From positions 29,567,052 to 29,631,051 of the forward strand of contig NC_057724.1 in NCBI RefSeq assembly GCF_004010195.1: DNA of 64,000 bases. The letters are read 5' to 3'. Position 1 is the first letter of the stretch, and each line of letters opens with the position of its first letter. This stretch comes from Chiloscyllium plagiosum (lineage: Eukaryota). The notes beneath the pieces were generated by a model. That model was not told where the DNA came from and ran no database searches. It worked only from the letters and a program-made list of their open reading frames with translations. Below, in pieces: positions 11,473-25,030 of the stretch. Both the position numbers and the translations under genes were made by a program.

Positions 11473-12779
11473 GTCACTGCACATTTTATGGGGGGGGATG
11501 TTCATGATTAAAGTTAGAACTTCTAATGCACGTAATCTAAATGCATTATCATATTAAAATTGTCCACAGCTTGTATTATGTGGAAATGTAAATAATTTAT
11601 ACAAAGTATTTATACTGTACTTACTTGTATATTCATAGGCATTCCAATTAGCATGAAGTTTAAATCAATTTGGTATATTCACATTTCACTTTAATATGGG
11701 ATTCTCTAAAGGTCCAGATGTATCAACTGAATAACAATGTTCTCTGAGGAAACACTACTGCATAGCAATGCAGAAAATACATTGTGCATAATCCAATAAG
11801 ATCAATCTGGTTTGAATTTTAAAGATTGAGCTTTTAAAAGACTATTCATCTCTAACCACTCCAGAGTTAAAACATCAAGACAATATTTAGCCTTCTCGCA
11901 ATTAAGTTGTAGATGGTAACCTTTCAGTTACTCTTCTCAGATTTCTACGTTCTGACTGCATGTTTTGGTCTACATTCCAAACTGTCATTAATCCTACTCT
12001 TGTAAATTGAGAGGCATAGTCTTCCCAAACAAAACAGTGTAATGTGGCTACAGAGAAAGCAAATAGAGAATTCTAGTTGCATACTTTAGATCATTAATTA
12101 TAAAATAAAGACAACTGTTAATTAAAACAATTAATTAAACAATTAAAAAGATAGACTCAGGAAAAAGACAATTAAAAATGTTGTCTAACACCTGAATAAC
12201 TACTGAACTAACTCACCTACTGAATTAACTCACCAATTGAGTAATTGCCTCCTCATTATGCCTCATTCAGATTCGGGGCCACGATTTCCTTACTTTCCAC
12301 CTGACCTAATACCCATCCCATAACCCCTGGACCCATATTTCTTATCCATCCTAAACAGTCCATCAACCATTAACACCCTACCTCTGCCCATCTAGTACCC
12401 TAACCTCATACTTAGCCTTTCACAGGAGATTTCAAAGTGGCTGCTTGTGTTGATAGACATAATCACAGAAAATAGCACTGACTGCCAAGAGCCTCTCACT
12501 GACTAATGTGTAATGAAGGACCTGTCAGGTTTAAAGTACAACCTCACACTTCTGCAAGAGCCCTGATCAAAATATCCAGTCAGAAATGTAGAATTTCATA
12601 TTAAATGTACAAAAAAGGAGCATTGGAAAAATCCAGCCCATCATTTTATTATGATGCACAAACAAAAGCTGAGGCAGCATACATATACAAATCTTTGAAG
12701 GTGACAGGTCAAGCTGAAAAGGCTTTAACGTATATGGGATTTTGAGTTTTATTAGTAGAGATATACAGTTTCAATGCAA

Positions 12780-13760
12780 TTGTTCACTGTTGTTTTTCAG
12801 GCAGGAGGAAGATATGTACCCCAGGGAGCAGTGTTGGAACCACTGTATTTTCTGGTGTATGTATAAATAACTGGCCAAGCACATCTAGATCAATTCCAAA
12901 GTCTGCAGATGATACAGGCTACAAAGTTCTGAAGGTATATGAGGTGAGCATAGAACTTCAAAACGTGTAATAAAATTGGTGGAGTACGTAGATGGGTGGC
13001 AACTGAAGTTTAATGCAAAGTGAGGGTGATACATTTTGGTACAAAGAACATTCAGTAACAGCATAAAATAAACTACAATTTCAAAAGGGTATGCAGGAGT
13101 AGAGAGACCTGGGTGGACATGTGCACAGGTTATTGAAGTGGCAGGACAGGCAGAGACACTGGTTCGTAAGAAATGCAGTATTCTAAGCTTCTTAAATAGT
13201 GGCACCAATTGCAAGAGTAGGGAGATTATGCTGAACTTAGAATACTAGTTAAATTGCAGTTAAAGTAGCATGAGGTTCCCAGAACTGTACACTTCAGGAA
13301 GGATGTGTAAGACAATGTGAAGGAGGCTCACGAGAATGGTACTATACAGGAAAAGCTTCACTTAAAAGATTGGAGAAGGTGGGGCTGTTTTCCTTGGAGA
13401 GGAGAAAGCAATGGCAGATCTGATGCAAGTTTTCAAAGTTCCAAAGGGTTTAGACAGAGTATTTAAGGAAAAACTGCTCCTGCATCCAAGACAATTGAGA
13501 ACCAGAGGGCACAGATTTAAAATGTTTCACAAAAGAAGCAAATATGAGATAAGGAAAAGAAAAATCAGTGAGTAGTTATGGTCAGGAATGCACTGCTTGG
13601 CAATATGGTGGAAGCAAATACAATTGAGGCATTCAAGAAGGAATTAGATGATTATTTAAATAGAAACAATAACCATGATTATGAAAAAAAAAGGTACAAG
13701 GATACCAACTCACACCTGATGGGTCAAAGGGCCTCTTTTTGCACAGTTAAGAGTTTAGCG
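12780..13760 (+). mobile_element. Old CR1-type LINE fragment
   Basis: Degenerate RT and 3' motifs (VEANTIEAFKKELD). Confidence 0.7.
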
Positions 13761-14124
13761 ATTTCTTATTTTTGAATGTTGAATAATTGCAAGAAAGCTT
13801 GGTCAGCATTGTTAATCAGTTACATCTGGAGTTGCAAATGAAAGGGCAAGAATTATTGAGTCACTGGGAGTGGAAGAGGTATCCACTCTTAGGATTGTAA
13901 TGACCACTCCGAATATCTCTTCAGGATACACAGTATCTGTAGGCATCCTGGAAGAAAGGTTGAAGTCTGGATTTAAAGCTTTCCGAAGAAGATAGCGAGA
14001 CAGAATAGATCAGGAGCAAAGGGTGATTAGCATACACTGGTATTTCTGAGTTGAAGTCAGGAAGTAAGAATTCAGTAAGGCTCATGCTCAGGCTTGTATG
14101 TTCACACGTTTGGAGAACATTTGT

Positions 14125-14436
14125 AGCTCAGGTGGAAGTTCTGGATGTAGGTTTGCTTGCTGAGCTGGAAGGTTCGTTTTCAGATGTTTTGTCACCATAC
14201 TAGGTAACATCAGTGAGCGTCTGGATGAAGCACTGGTGGCATGGCCGCTTTCTATTCGTGTGTTTAGGTTTCCTTGGGTTGCTGGTGTCATTTCCTTTTG
14301 TTTTTCTTAAGAGGTGGTATATGGGATTCAAGTCAATGTATTTGTTGATAGAGTTCCAGTTGAAATGCCATGCTTCTAGGACTTCTTGTGCGCGTCTCTG
14401 TTTGGCTTGTCTTAGGATGGATGTGTTGTCCCAGTC
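14125..14436 (-). mobile_element. PLE family C 3' fragment
   Basis: Minus ORF DWDNTSILRQAKQRRAQEVLEAWHFNWNSINKYIDLNPIY; degenerate hammerhead at ~14178-14216. Confidence 0.75.
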
Positions 14437-14531
14437 ATAAGGCATTTGGGCTTCTTTATAAACAGAAGCATTCCAGAGAATATGTCGTTGGACTTTCTGT
14501 TTCTGGCCTTCAAAAGAATATTTTGCCAACC
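14436..14531 (-). pseudogene. 96-bp partial duplicate of TMLHE exon 4 inside the downstream intron
   Basis: 94/96 identical to 15405-15500 by manual alignment. Confidence 0.92.
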
Positions 14532-15259
14532 CAGTCTGCTCTGCATAGTTCCTCTGTGCTGCAGTGTGTAGTGGCTCTTTGAAATAATGTTCTAATGCAG
14601 TTTTGTTTGTGGGTGATGGGATGATTGCTTCTGTCATTCAGTATTTGGTCAATTGTACATTCACAATTGTGAAGTATTGAAGCAAAGTTGCAAGATCACT
14701 TCGTCCAGTGTTAGTGAAAAGGTACCAAGAAATCTCATACATCAGAGAAAAGGAGGAACATGGAGGAGATACAAAACAAATTCCTGAGAAGTGCAGCATT
14801 CCTTGGTTTGGTCACAGGAAAAGTGAAGGAACCCTCAAAATCCTGCAAGTTAGTATAAATTTCAGCTGGAAATACAAGTAGAAAAGGGAGTGTTCCATTG
14901 AGATTTTGGGTCATGAAGGAGAAATGTTCATAAAATAGAGTATTACAGCAGTGGTACTTCCTTAACTCCTGTCAAGTAATTATTTTTTGATTAAAATGTG
15001 AAATCTTGTGGTGTAATACTGTCGATACCCACAAGTTTGAAGTTCTTTTTAAAAGGTTACTGGTCTCTACTGAGATCTTAACAGCTAATACAATATGTGT
15101 AAAAATAGTAGACAACTTATTTTCCTCAGTATTCAGTATATTGAAATAAACTTACTATTGCTTTTCAACACAGTTCATAAAAAAAATTTGAACAGTTCAG
15201 AATTTAAACTTTAATACCATCTCCCAAAAAATCCATAATCACCCATAAGAAAATCTCAC

Positions 15260-15536
15260 CTGATCAAACCAACACGTAAAGCTACAGCTTCTGTTGCCTC
15301 AACACTTACAGGAACTTCATCAATAAAAGCAATGCCATAAAGTAGGAAGGCTTCCAAAAATTTTTTGAGTTCTTCATCCGACTCCATCACAGAATTGTAA
15401 GTGACATAAGGCATTTGGGCTTCTTTATAAACAGAAGCATTCCAGAGAATACGTCGTTGGACTGTCTGTTTCTGGCCTTCAAAAGAATATTTTGCCAACC
15501 ATGACAAGTCGTATTTGGTCATGTGATTATCTGGCC
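15260..15536 (-). CDS. TMLHE: TMLHE coding exon 3 of 7 (gene exon 4)
   Basis: (W)PDNHMTKYDLSWLAKYSFEGQKQTVQRRILWNASVYKEAQMP...FLLYGIAFIDEVPVSVEATEAVALRVGLIR; tag| and |gtgag; 277 nt. Confidence 0.95.
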
Positions 15537-15749
15537 CTATTAAACGAGGAAGAAATTGAAATAGTTATTGCGAAGGAAAAACAATCATGTTAGATATGCT
15601 CAAAGAACCTGTGTTGCAAGCTAGTATCAAAAACAAATTACGATTAAAATTCATTCCCAGACAGCTTAAAGTTTTTTCTCAGTTCAAGTATTAATTGTAC
15701 CAAGGGAAAAAGACCACACACTATATACACAAATAGAGAAATAACTTAC

Positions 15750-15926
15750 AGGTTATGTAGATTGTATCATTGTCAGAACGTATTTTTGCTGGCTTAATTG
15801 CCAAATCCACCTGAGCTGTGTCCAAGCTCCGCTGATTAGTCTTTGGGTTGTAACACGATGCAGAGCGACAATGATCTCGCAGCCAAACGTAATTTAATCG
15901 CATCACCATGTCAGAATACTTCAATT
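15750..15926 (-). CDS. TMLHE: TMLHE coding exon 2 of 7 (N-terminal GBBH-like domain)
   Basis: (E)LKYSDMVMRLNYVWLRDHCRSASCYNPKTNQRSLDTA...IYIT; WLRDHCRSASCY family motif; tag| and |gtaag; 177 nt. Confidence 0.96.
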
Positions 15927-17034
15927 CTATAGAAGTTATAAGATTTTAGTTCTTTAATCTTAACTGACTTGAAAAGGCATGCATTTAGGTAGCTTCAGAT
16001 ATTAAATACAGGATTATTAATCTGGATATAACATTTACAAAGGAACAAAGGAAATTTTAAAAACCCATTTACAGAGGACCATTGGTTTTTGCCAGTAACC
16101 CCCACAACTGAAATGTGAGTGAAGTAATAAAATTTTGCCATCATACATGAACTAGTTGGATTTTAAGTTAAATATCTCCCTTCACAAATCAAAGCTTTTT
16201 TTTCTTGTCTGTGCGTTCATAGAAGGAAAAATGGAATCCTGCAGAGTTTTGAAGCTGTTTATTTGATTCTATGCAGTAAAAAGGGAGTTAATGCATAAAG
16301 TTTCTCAGAATCACAATTTTTAAAAAAAAAATAAGAAATGGCAATTTAGAAATGTAGAATACGCACAAATAAATAAATGGAAAATATGTTTATTTATGGT
16401 GCCTTAGATTCAAGGAAATGAGTAATTAAGATTAGTAAAAGAAAAGCAGCATACAGACTTTAAAATCTGCCTCAAACATTACTTCAGATTACCAGTATAG
16501 ATTATCCATAACCTATTCACATAAAGAGAATCATCAAAGCTAGCTGTAAATTGAAACGTGTAGACAATGGTTAAAGTTAAATATGGCAACACAATAGAGC
16601 TTCTGACAACATCCTGGCCAGATTAAAGATGCCCAGATTGTCTTGAAAACTGGGTACTTATTTTATTGCAGAGGAACTTTTTGAAAATATGTTAATAAAA
16701 TGTTCAACTAAAAACAGCTTTTTAACCTTTAAACATTCCTGTTACTACAGCTCCAAATGTCACCAAACTTGCAACAATTGCAATTTCCAACCACATCTAA
16801 GCACTAAATTTTAGCCAAGCCAATTCTGTCATTCTTAAAAAAAATACTCAAACCAGTTGAAAAGCCAACAATCTAGATTCATCTTCCATCGCAACTGGAG
16901 AATGAATGACATGCAGGTGATATAATATGAACTCAAAAGAAGTTGTACATGTGGAAAGTTGAAAGTAGAGTAAATTGAAACGGCAACACACTAATTTTCA
17001 TGTCCAAATTTCAATTTGGAATATCTTGCCTTAC

Positions 17035-17221
17035 CCAAGTGTTGATCGTGCATCAACCATGAACAGTTCAAGGAGTCTGGAGCACCATGTTTCCAACGTC
17101 TTGCAGTTACTGCAGGTAGATGGTTACTCATCCAACATTTCCATAGTTCCCGTCCTTGAAAGTCAGCTCTCAACAGATGCTTCACACTGCTGTCAATATG
17201 CAGAAAGCGGTACCAAGACAT
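17035..17221 (-). CDS. TMLHE: TMLHE first coding exon (mitochondrial presequence region)
   Basis: MSWYRFLHIDSSVKHLLRADF...ARRWKHGAPDSLNCSWLMHDQHL; ATG directly follows the ctcag acceptor; |gtaagg donor; 187 nt, phase 1 joins to E. The 7 exons sum to 1269 nt = 422 aa plus stop. Confidence 0.88.
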
Positions 17222-17592
17222 CTGAGAACGTAAGACAGGATTTTCAGAGCATGAAATTCATGTCTCCCAAATTATTGATGGGAATCGTGTACAGGTACAC
17301 ACATTCTGAAACAAACTCCAGAACAATTCGAAGAAGGATCACTGGACCCAAAACATTAACCCTGATTATCTCTCCACGGATGCTGCCTGACCTGTTCAGA
17401 TTTTCCAGCAATTTCTGTTTTTGTTTCAGATTTCCAGCGTCTGCAGTTTTTTCGACATGCATTCTGAAGTTCCTTGCATCTTATCTGAAGTATGTGGACA
17501 TATCTGTCAAATAGCCCTGGCTGCTACTGAAATCTCCATTAGAACTAACTAACTATTGGCAGCTTTGTTAATATTTAAATATTATTCATTTG

Positions 17593-19230
17593 TGACCTTA
17601 TAGAGGTTTACAAAATTATGAGGGGCATGGATAGGATAAGTATATAAAGTATTTTCCCTGGGGTCAGGGTCAGAAAGTCCAGAACTAGAGGGCATAGGTT
17701 TAGGGTGAGCGGGAGAAGACATAAAAGAGATCTACGGGGCAACTTTTCCATACAGAGGGTGGTACGTGTATGGAATGAGCTGCCAGAGGAAGTGGTGGAG
17801 GCTGGTACAATTGCAACATTTAAAAGGCATTTGTATGGGTATATGAATAGGAAGGGTTTGGAGGAATATGGGCCGTATGCTGGCAGGTGGGACTAGTTTG
17901 TGTTGTGATACCTGGTTGGCATGGATGGGTTGGGCTGAAGAGTCTGTTCCCATGCTATACATCTCTAGGATTCTATGATTTTGACTGGTAGCAATAACAA
18001 GTGCATTTTGCATAGAGAATTAGCAAATAAGATTGTTACCTCCAGTCAGAGACACAGATTTACAAAATTACATCTGTGCAATCCAATTGGACCTTAATTT
18101 CCAGTTTTCTTTAATTCATAACTCTAAGTCACAGCACTTGACTTATTTTTAAATGTTGTGTTGTTGACTGTATCACTGTCAGAAAATATGTTCCAGTCTA
18201 CCATTACACCATTTAAAAGGGCAAAACTGATCGAACACTTTAACACCTTTAACCCACATAATCATCGCAATGCTTCTTCCCACTGAATTGGTGATCAGAA
18301 AACTATCAATCTCTGAACATACTCAAAGATCGAACATCCAGAGTCCTTTGGGGTGGAGGATTCCACAAAGATCCATAACAGTGAAAAGAAATTCTCATCT
18401 CAGTCCGAAATGGCATTGTTATTTCAAATTGTGCCTCTCGGTTCTAGACTCCTCAAACAGGGGAAACCTCTTACGTGCATCTATCCTGTCTATCTCTTTA
18501 AGTTCTTTGCAAGTCTCAATTAGATTATCTCTTGTTAAACTGTGGAGAGTGCAAGTCCAATTTGCACAATCTCTCTTCTTAAGACAGTTCTACCATCAGA
18601 GGAACAAATCTGTTGAAGGTTCACTGGACTACTTCATAGCAATAATCTCTAACCTGAGATAAAAGTTAAAAATTACAAACCTGCTGTTGTGTAATTTTTA
18701 ATTTTTCCACCCCAGTCTAATACCAGCACCTCCACATCATCCCGAGACAAGGAGACCGAAATAGCATACCGTGCTCTAGGTGCGGTCTAACCAAGTTACT
18801 TTACAACTGAAGCAAGACTTCACTAATCCTATACTCAAAACCTTTTATTATAAAGACTAAAATTTCATTAACCTTCCGATTAGTTGCTGCATCCGCATAT
18901 TAGCCTTCAGTGTCTGGGACAAAGATACTTAGGTCCCTTTATATGTCTACATTTTTAAAAATTCTCGCCATTTAAGAAATACTCTGCATGCCTGTTCCTC
19001 CTACGAATGTGGATATCCTTACATTTTTGACATGACATTGCATCTGTCACATTACTGCCCAGTCATTAATCCTCTCCAAAACTACCTGAAGTTACTTTAC
19101 ATCTCTGTCATAATACTTAGTTTTCTATTATTTGCAAATTTGGAAATATTACATTTGGTCCACACAACTAAAATCATTTATATGTATTGTTAACAGTCGT
19201 GACCCAAGAACTGATTCTTGAGGCAACCCA
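17593..19230. mobile_element. CR1 3' end (+ 17593-17978) and older CR1 fragment (- ~18330-19230)
   Basis: LRGNFSIQRVVRVWNELPEEVVEAGTIATFKRHL; similarity to other copies. Confidence 0.75.
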
Positions 19231-20234
19231 CTATCCAGGGTCATTTCTGTTTTCTATCTGAAGCCAATCATTAACCTTTGATTTGATTTAACTTACTTCC
19301 CTTTTGATAGCATTCCTTATTGAAATGCACATAGTTTTTAAAAATATTATTATTAGGGATATGTTTTTCTCGTGTTAACAGTAGCTTCACACCAATCAAT
19401 GCACTTACAGTTTTCCTATGTCACTTTTCGATTTTGTGACGTTCAGCCTGGCTATCACATAGCTCTGGGTATAAGTGTGCACTGCAGTGCTGACTGTCTG
19501 TGCTCCTGGAAGAGGAGGGAAGGTCCCAAGCTTTGCTCTGCAAGTACAGTTGGCTCCACTTGAGGAAGGTTCCTGATCTTCACATACTTCCTCTCGCACT
19601 TTGGGCAAAATTGTTTTCAAAGATTCTTTCCTAATTCTCTAGCCAATTACGCTGAACCTATACCAACCATATAGTTATTGACCCATCTTATATTTGGTAC
19701 TAGATCCTCCATATCTAGGCACCTTAAACTTTATGCCCATCAAAACGTTCCTCAACCACCTTCATTTCAAAGGAAGTATAGCAAGCCTGTCCAATCTTTC
19801 TTCAACGATAGTTCTATTGTTGGAAGCATCCTTCCCTTGTCCATTTCCTTGACACATGTTCTACTGCGGTCACATTTTCCCTGTAATGCAATGACAATAA
19901 CTGCATCTACTACATCATTTGCAGTCTAAGTAACATTACATATAATTCCAGCAGACCCTACTCAACAAAGCAAAGCAATATGTCTGCTGAGCCAACTTAT
20001 TCAGGGCTGACTCATTGAGCATGTTCAAAATCAATATTGATAGGTTTCTACAATTAAGACCAAGTGATGCAGAAAAAGCACAGGAAAATGGTATTGAAGT
20101 GGAAAGATCATCTGTGATCCCACTGAATAGCAGCATAGGCTTGATGAGCTGAATGGCTTACTCCTGCTCGTATTCTTTATATCTTAATTTACCAGCCCTG
20201 ATGTTTTCAGGGACATGTGGATTTTTGAAAAACA

Positions 20235-21130
20235 TTCATTCGAGGATGAGCATGAGAAGGTGGTGGTGAGCTGACTTCTTGAATTATTGCAATCCATTTG
20301 ATGCACATACACTCACAATGCCACTACAGAAAAAGTTTCAGGATTTTGACCCAGCAACACTGAGGGAATGGCAACAGATGGTGAGTAGCTTAAAGGCGAA
20401 CTTGCAGATTGCTTTGTTCCCGTGAATCTGTTGCCCTTGACATTCTAGATGATAGCAGTTCTGGGTTTTGATGGTGCTATCTATGCAATCTTGGTAAATT
20501 TCTGCAGTGCATCTTATAGGTAGTACAGACTACTGCTACTGTGGAAGTGAACATCTGTGCATGTGGTGCCAATCAAGTGGCCGGCTTCAACCTGGATTGC
20601 ATCAAGCCTCTTGGGTATTGTTTCAGCTGCAGTCATCCAGGTTGTAGTGTAGAGTATCAAAGCATTTCATCACACTCCTGACTTGTGCTTTATGCATGGT
20701 GGACAAACTTCAGGAAGTCAGGAGCTGAGTTACTTACTTGTTACAGGATTTCTTGTCTCCAACCTACATGTGAACACAGTATTTACTGTATATGGCTAGT
20801 CAAGTTCATTTTCTAGTCAATGATAACCCCCAGAAAATTGATGGAAAAGAATTCATTGATGTTGGTGCCATTGAATGTCAAAGGGCAATTGTTAGGCCTT
20901 ATCTTGTGGAGATGATTATTGCCTGGTACTTACATTACTTGTCACTGGTCATCCCAACCTGAATTCTGTTCAGGTTTGCTACGTTGAACACAGACTTCTT
21001 CAATATCTGAGGAATCATGAATGATGCTGAACATTATGCAATCATCAGTGAACATCCCACTTCTGACCTAATGATGGAACAAAGGTCTTTGATGAAGCAC
21101 CTGAAGATGGTTGGGCCGATGACATTCCCC
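20235..21130 (-). mobile_element. LINE family 2 fragment (related to 26430-28410 and 39340-40320)
   Basis: Reverse-complement similarity to the 27520-28410 RT/3' region. Confidence 0.65.
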
Positions 21131-21409
21131 TGAAGACTAGAGCTCTTGTGGCATAGTAGTGTCCCTACCTATTGGCAAGGAGGCAAGAGTTCAAGTTTCA
21201 CCAGCTCCAGAGGTACCTTAGAATAGGTTCATTAGAAAATGTCCAAGGGAACTGTGATATTCTACCCCAATTTCTCATTTGAACCTGCCATTAGTTTTTT
21301 TTTTGTCATCTGCTGGGACATCGCCTTCTGTGGTTCTCAGGTTTCATTTAATATTCCCGAAGTGCCATGCCTAATTAGACTGATTAAAAGACATTATATA
21401 ATGCAAATA

Positions 21410-24400
21410 GAACATAACAGCAAAGTACAGGCCCTTCAGCCCAACCTGTGAAACCAATCTAAAGCCTGTCTAACCTACACTATTCCAATATCATCCATAT
21501 GTTTTTCCAATGGCCATTTAAATGCCCTTAAAGTTGCCAAGTCTATACTGTTGCAGGCAGGGCATTCCATGCCCTTACTACTCTGAGTATAGAACCTACC
21601 TCTGATATCTGTGCTATATCTATCACCCCACAATTTAAAGCTATGTCCCCTCATGCAAGCCATCACTATCTGAGGAAAATGGCTCTCACTGTCTACCCTA
21701 CCTAATGCTCCGACCATCATGTACGTCGCTATGTAGTCACCTCTCGACCACCTTCTCTCTAACAAAAACAGACTCAAGTCCTTCAGCCTTTCCTCATAAG
21801 AGCTTCCCTCCATACCAGGCAACATCCTGGTAAATTTCCTCTGCATCCTAGAATCATAGAACCCTACAGTGTGGAAACAGGCCATTCTGCCCAACAAGCC
21901 CACACCAACCCTCTGAAGAGTAACCCACCCAGACTCATTCCCCTACATTTATCCCTGACTAATGCATCTAACCTACACATTCCTGAACACTATGGGCAAT
22001 TTATCACAGCCAATTCACCTAACCTGCATATCTTTGGATGGTGGGAGGAAACCAGAGCACCCAGAGAAAATCCATGCAGACAATGTGCAAACTCCACACA
22101 GACAGTCACCCAAGGCTAGAATTGAACCCTTGTCCCTGGCACTGTGAGGCAGCAGTGCTAACCACTGTGCCACCACTTTCCAATGTTTCCACATCCTTCC
22201 TATAATGTGGCAACCAGAATTGTACGCAATATTCCAAGTGCAGCCGCACCAGATTTTTCTACACCTGCAACATGACCTCTTGGCTCCAAAACTCAATCCC
22301 TCCACCAATAAAAGATAACACATCGTACACCTTCTTAACAACTTTATCAACCTGGTTAGGAACTTTCAGGGATCTATGTATATGGACACAGAGAACTCTC
22401 TGCTCATCCACACCACCAAGAATCTTACTATTAGCCCAGTATTCTGTATTCCTGTTGCTCCTTCCAAAGTGAATCACCTCACACTTTTCCGCATTAAACT
22501 CCATTTCCCATCTCTCAGCCCAGCTCTGCAGCTAATCTACATTCCTCTATAACCTGCAACATCCTTCGGCACGGTCCACAACTCCACTGACCTTAGTGTC
22601 ATCCACAAATTTACTCACCCATCCTTCAATGCCCTCATCAGATCATTTATAAAAATGACAAACAGCAGTGGCCCCAAACAGATCCTTGCAGCACACCACT
22701 AGTAGTTGAACTCCAGGATGAACATTTCCAATCAACCACCATCTAGTCTTCTTTCAGCTAGCTAATTTCTGATCCAAACTGCTAAATCTCCCTCAATCCC
22801 ATGCCTCCATATTTTCTGTATTAGCCTACTGTGGGGAACCTTATCAAATGCTTTACTGAAATCCTTATACACTACATCAACTGCTTTACCCCATTCACCT
22901 GTTTGGTCACCTTCTCAAAGAACTCAAGGTTTGTGAGGCACGACCTACCCTTCAAAAAACCATGTTGACTATCCCTAATCAAAATGCTTATAAATTCCCT
23001 CTCTCATAATCCTTTCCAACACTTTACCCACAACTGAAGTAAGGGTCACTGGTCTATAATTACGAGGGTTGTCTCTACTCCCCTTCTTGAACAAGGGACA
23101 ATACTTGCTATCCTCTAATCTTCTGGCACTATTCATGTAGACAATGACAACATAAAAATTAAAGCCAAGGGTTCCGCAATCTATTCCCTAGCTTCCCAGA
23201 GAATCGTAGGATAAATCCCACTTATCTATTTTCACACTTTCCAAAATTGCTAACACTTCCTCCTATGAACCTCCATTCCTTCTAGAACCTCAGTATTCTC
23301 CTTGACAACATTGTCAGTATTCACACAGAAAAAAAGACAGAAAACGTTCATTTAGTGCCTCTCCTATCTCCTCTGACTCCACGCACAACTTCCCATTACT
23401 GTACTTGACTGGCCCTAATCTTCCTCTAGTCATTCTTTTATTCCTGACATATCTACAGACAGTTTTAGGGTTTTCCTTGATCCTACCTGCCAAAGACTTA
23501 TCACATTCCCTGCTGGCTCTTTTTATCTCTCTCTTTAGTCCTTCCTGGCTAACTTGTAACTCTCAAGCGTCCTAACTGAGGCTTCACATCTCATCTTTAC
23601 ATAAGCCTCCTACTTCCTCTTGACAAGAGATTCAACTTCTTTTGTAAACCATGGTTCCCTCACTCGATTACTTCCTCCCTACCTGACAGGTACATACTTA
23701 TCAAGGACATGCAGTAGCTGTTCCTTGAACAAGCTCCACGTTTCAATTGTGCCCATCCCCTGCAGTTTGATTCTCCATTCTATGAATCCTAAATCTTATC
23801 TAATCACATCATAATTGCCTTTCCCGCAGTTAGAATTCTTGCCCCGTGGTATATACCTTTCCCTTTCCATTGCGGAAATAAATGTAACCGAATTGTGGTC
23901 ACTATCACCAAAGTTTTCATCTACCTCCTGGTTCATTATCCAGTACCAAAACCAACGTGGCCTATCTACATACTGTGTCTGGAAACCCTCCTGCACACAT
24001 TGGACAAAATCTGACTCATTTAAAATACACGAGCTATAGCATTTGCAAATAATATTTGGAAAGTTAAAGCCCCCCCCTAACAACTACCCTATTACTTTTG
24101 CTCCTATCCAGATTCATCTTTGCAATCCTTTCCTCAACTTCTCTGGAAGTTTTCAGAGCCTATAGAAAACTCCCAACAGGGTGACCGATCCTTTCCTGTT
24201 TCTAACCTCAGCCCCATACTACCTCAGTCAATGATTCCTCATCAAACGTCTTTTCTGCCACTGTAATATGCTCCTTGACAATGCTACACCTCCCCCTCTT
24301 TTACCACCTTCCCTGTGCTTACTAAAATATCTAAACCCCAGAACCTGCAACAACCGTTCCTGTCTCTGCTCTATCCATGTCTCTGAAATGGCCACAACAT

Positions 24401-24560
24401 CAAAGGGCCAGATACCAACCCATGCTGCAAGTTCACCTACCTTATTTCAGATGATCCTGGCATTGAAGTAGATACACTTCAAATCACCTTCCTGCTTGGC
24501 AGTTGACTCATGCGACCGTGAAACCTTATTTATGACCTCACTACTCTCAACCTCCTGTAC
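21410..24560 (-). mobile_element. Long decayed CR1-type LINE (endonuclease and RT remnants)
   Basis: GFNFPNI, FGDSDHNSV, LKCIYFNAR (APE domain); MEFNAEKCEVIHFG and QRKFTRMLPG (RT C-terminus). Confidence 0.88.
21850..22175 (-). mobile_element. tRNA-derived SINE (HE1/V-SINE-like) nested in the LINE
   Basis: Head gtggcacagtggttagcactgctgcctcacag with A/B-box-like motifs, central tgtggagtttgcac domain, LINE-like gattcta tail. Confidence 0.8.
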
Positions 24561-24710
24561 ATTAGAGCTACAAATCAGATTCCCAAGAGCATCATTGGAA
24601 CAAAGGACATCAAAGATGGGGAAACCAACCAACTGCTGTCCGAACAGGAGCTTCCAGACATGGGCCTGTTCTGAACCAAGAAAACCAACAGCAAGAACCT
24701 GAGCAACCTG

Positions 24711-25030
24711 GGCAGCACAGTGGCTCAGTGGTTAGCACTGCTGCTTCACAGCACCAGGGACCCGGACTGTCAGTGTGGAGTTTGCACGTTCTTCCTGTGT
24801 CTGCGTGGGTTTCCTCTGCGTGCTCCAGTTTCCTCCCCGAGTCCAAAGATGTGCAGGTTAGTTTAATTGGCCATGCTAAATTGCACAGTGTTCAGGGACT
24901 GTGTAGGTTAGATGTATTAGTCAGGAATAAATGTAGAGTAATAGGATAGGGGAATGGGTCATTCTTGGAAGAGTTGATATGGACTTGTTGGGCCAAACGG
25001 CCTGTTTCCACACTGTCAGGATTCTATAAT
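24711..25030 (+). mobile_element. tRNA-derived SINE (HE1/V-SINE-like)
   Basis: tggctcagtggttagcactgctgc head; same family as 21850-22175. Confidence 0.8.

Noticed and set aside
14200-14637. 145-aa minus ORF as an alternative TMLHE exon or second TMLHE gene
   Set aside because: It is a chimera of intron, a 96-bp exon copy and PLE; there is no polypyrimidine-tract acceptor and no other duplicated exon.
16975-17514. 179-aa plus-strand ORF
   Set aside because: Antisense shadow of the TMLHE first coding exon running into a repeat; no recognisable domain.
24711-24775. tRNA gene
   Set aside because: tRNA-like head of a SINE; it continues into the SINE body and cannot form a full cloverleaf.
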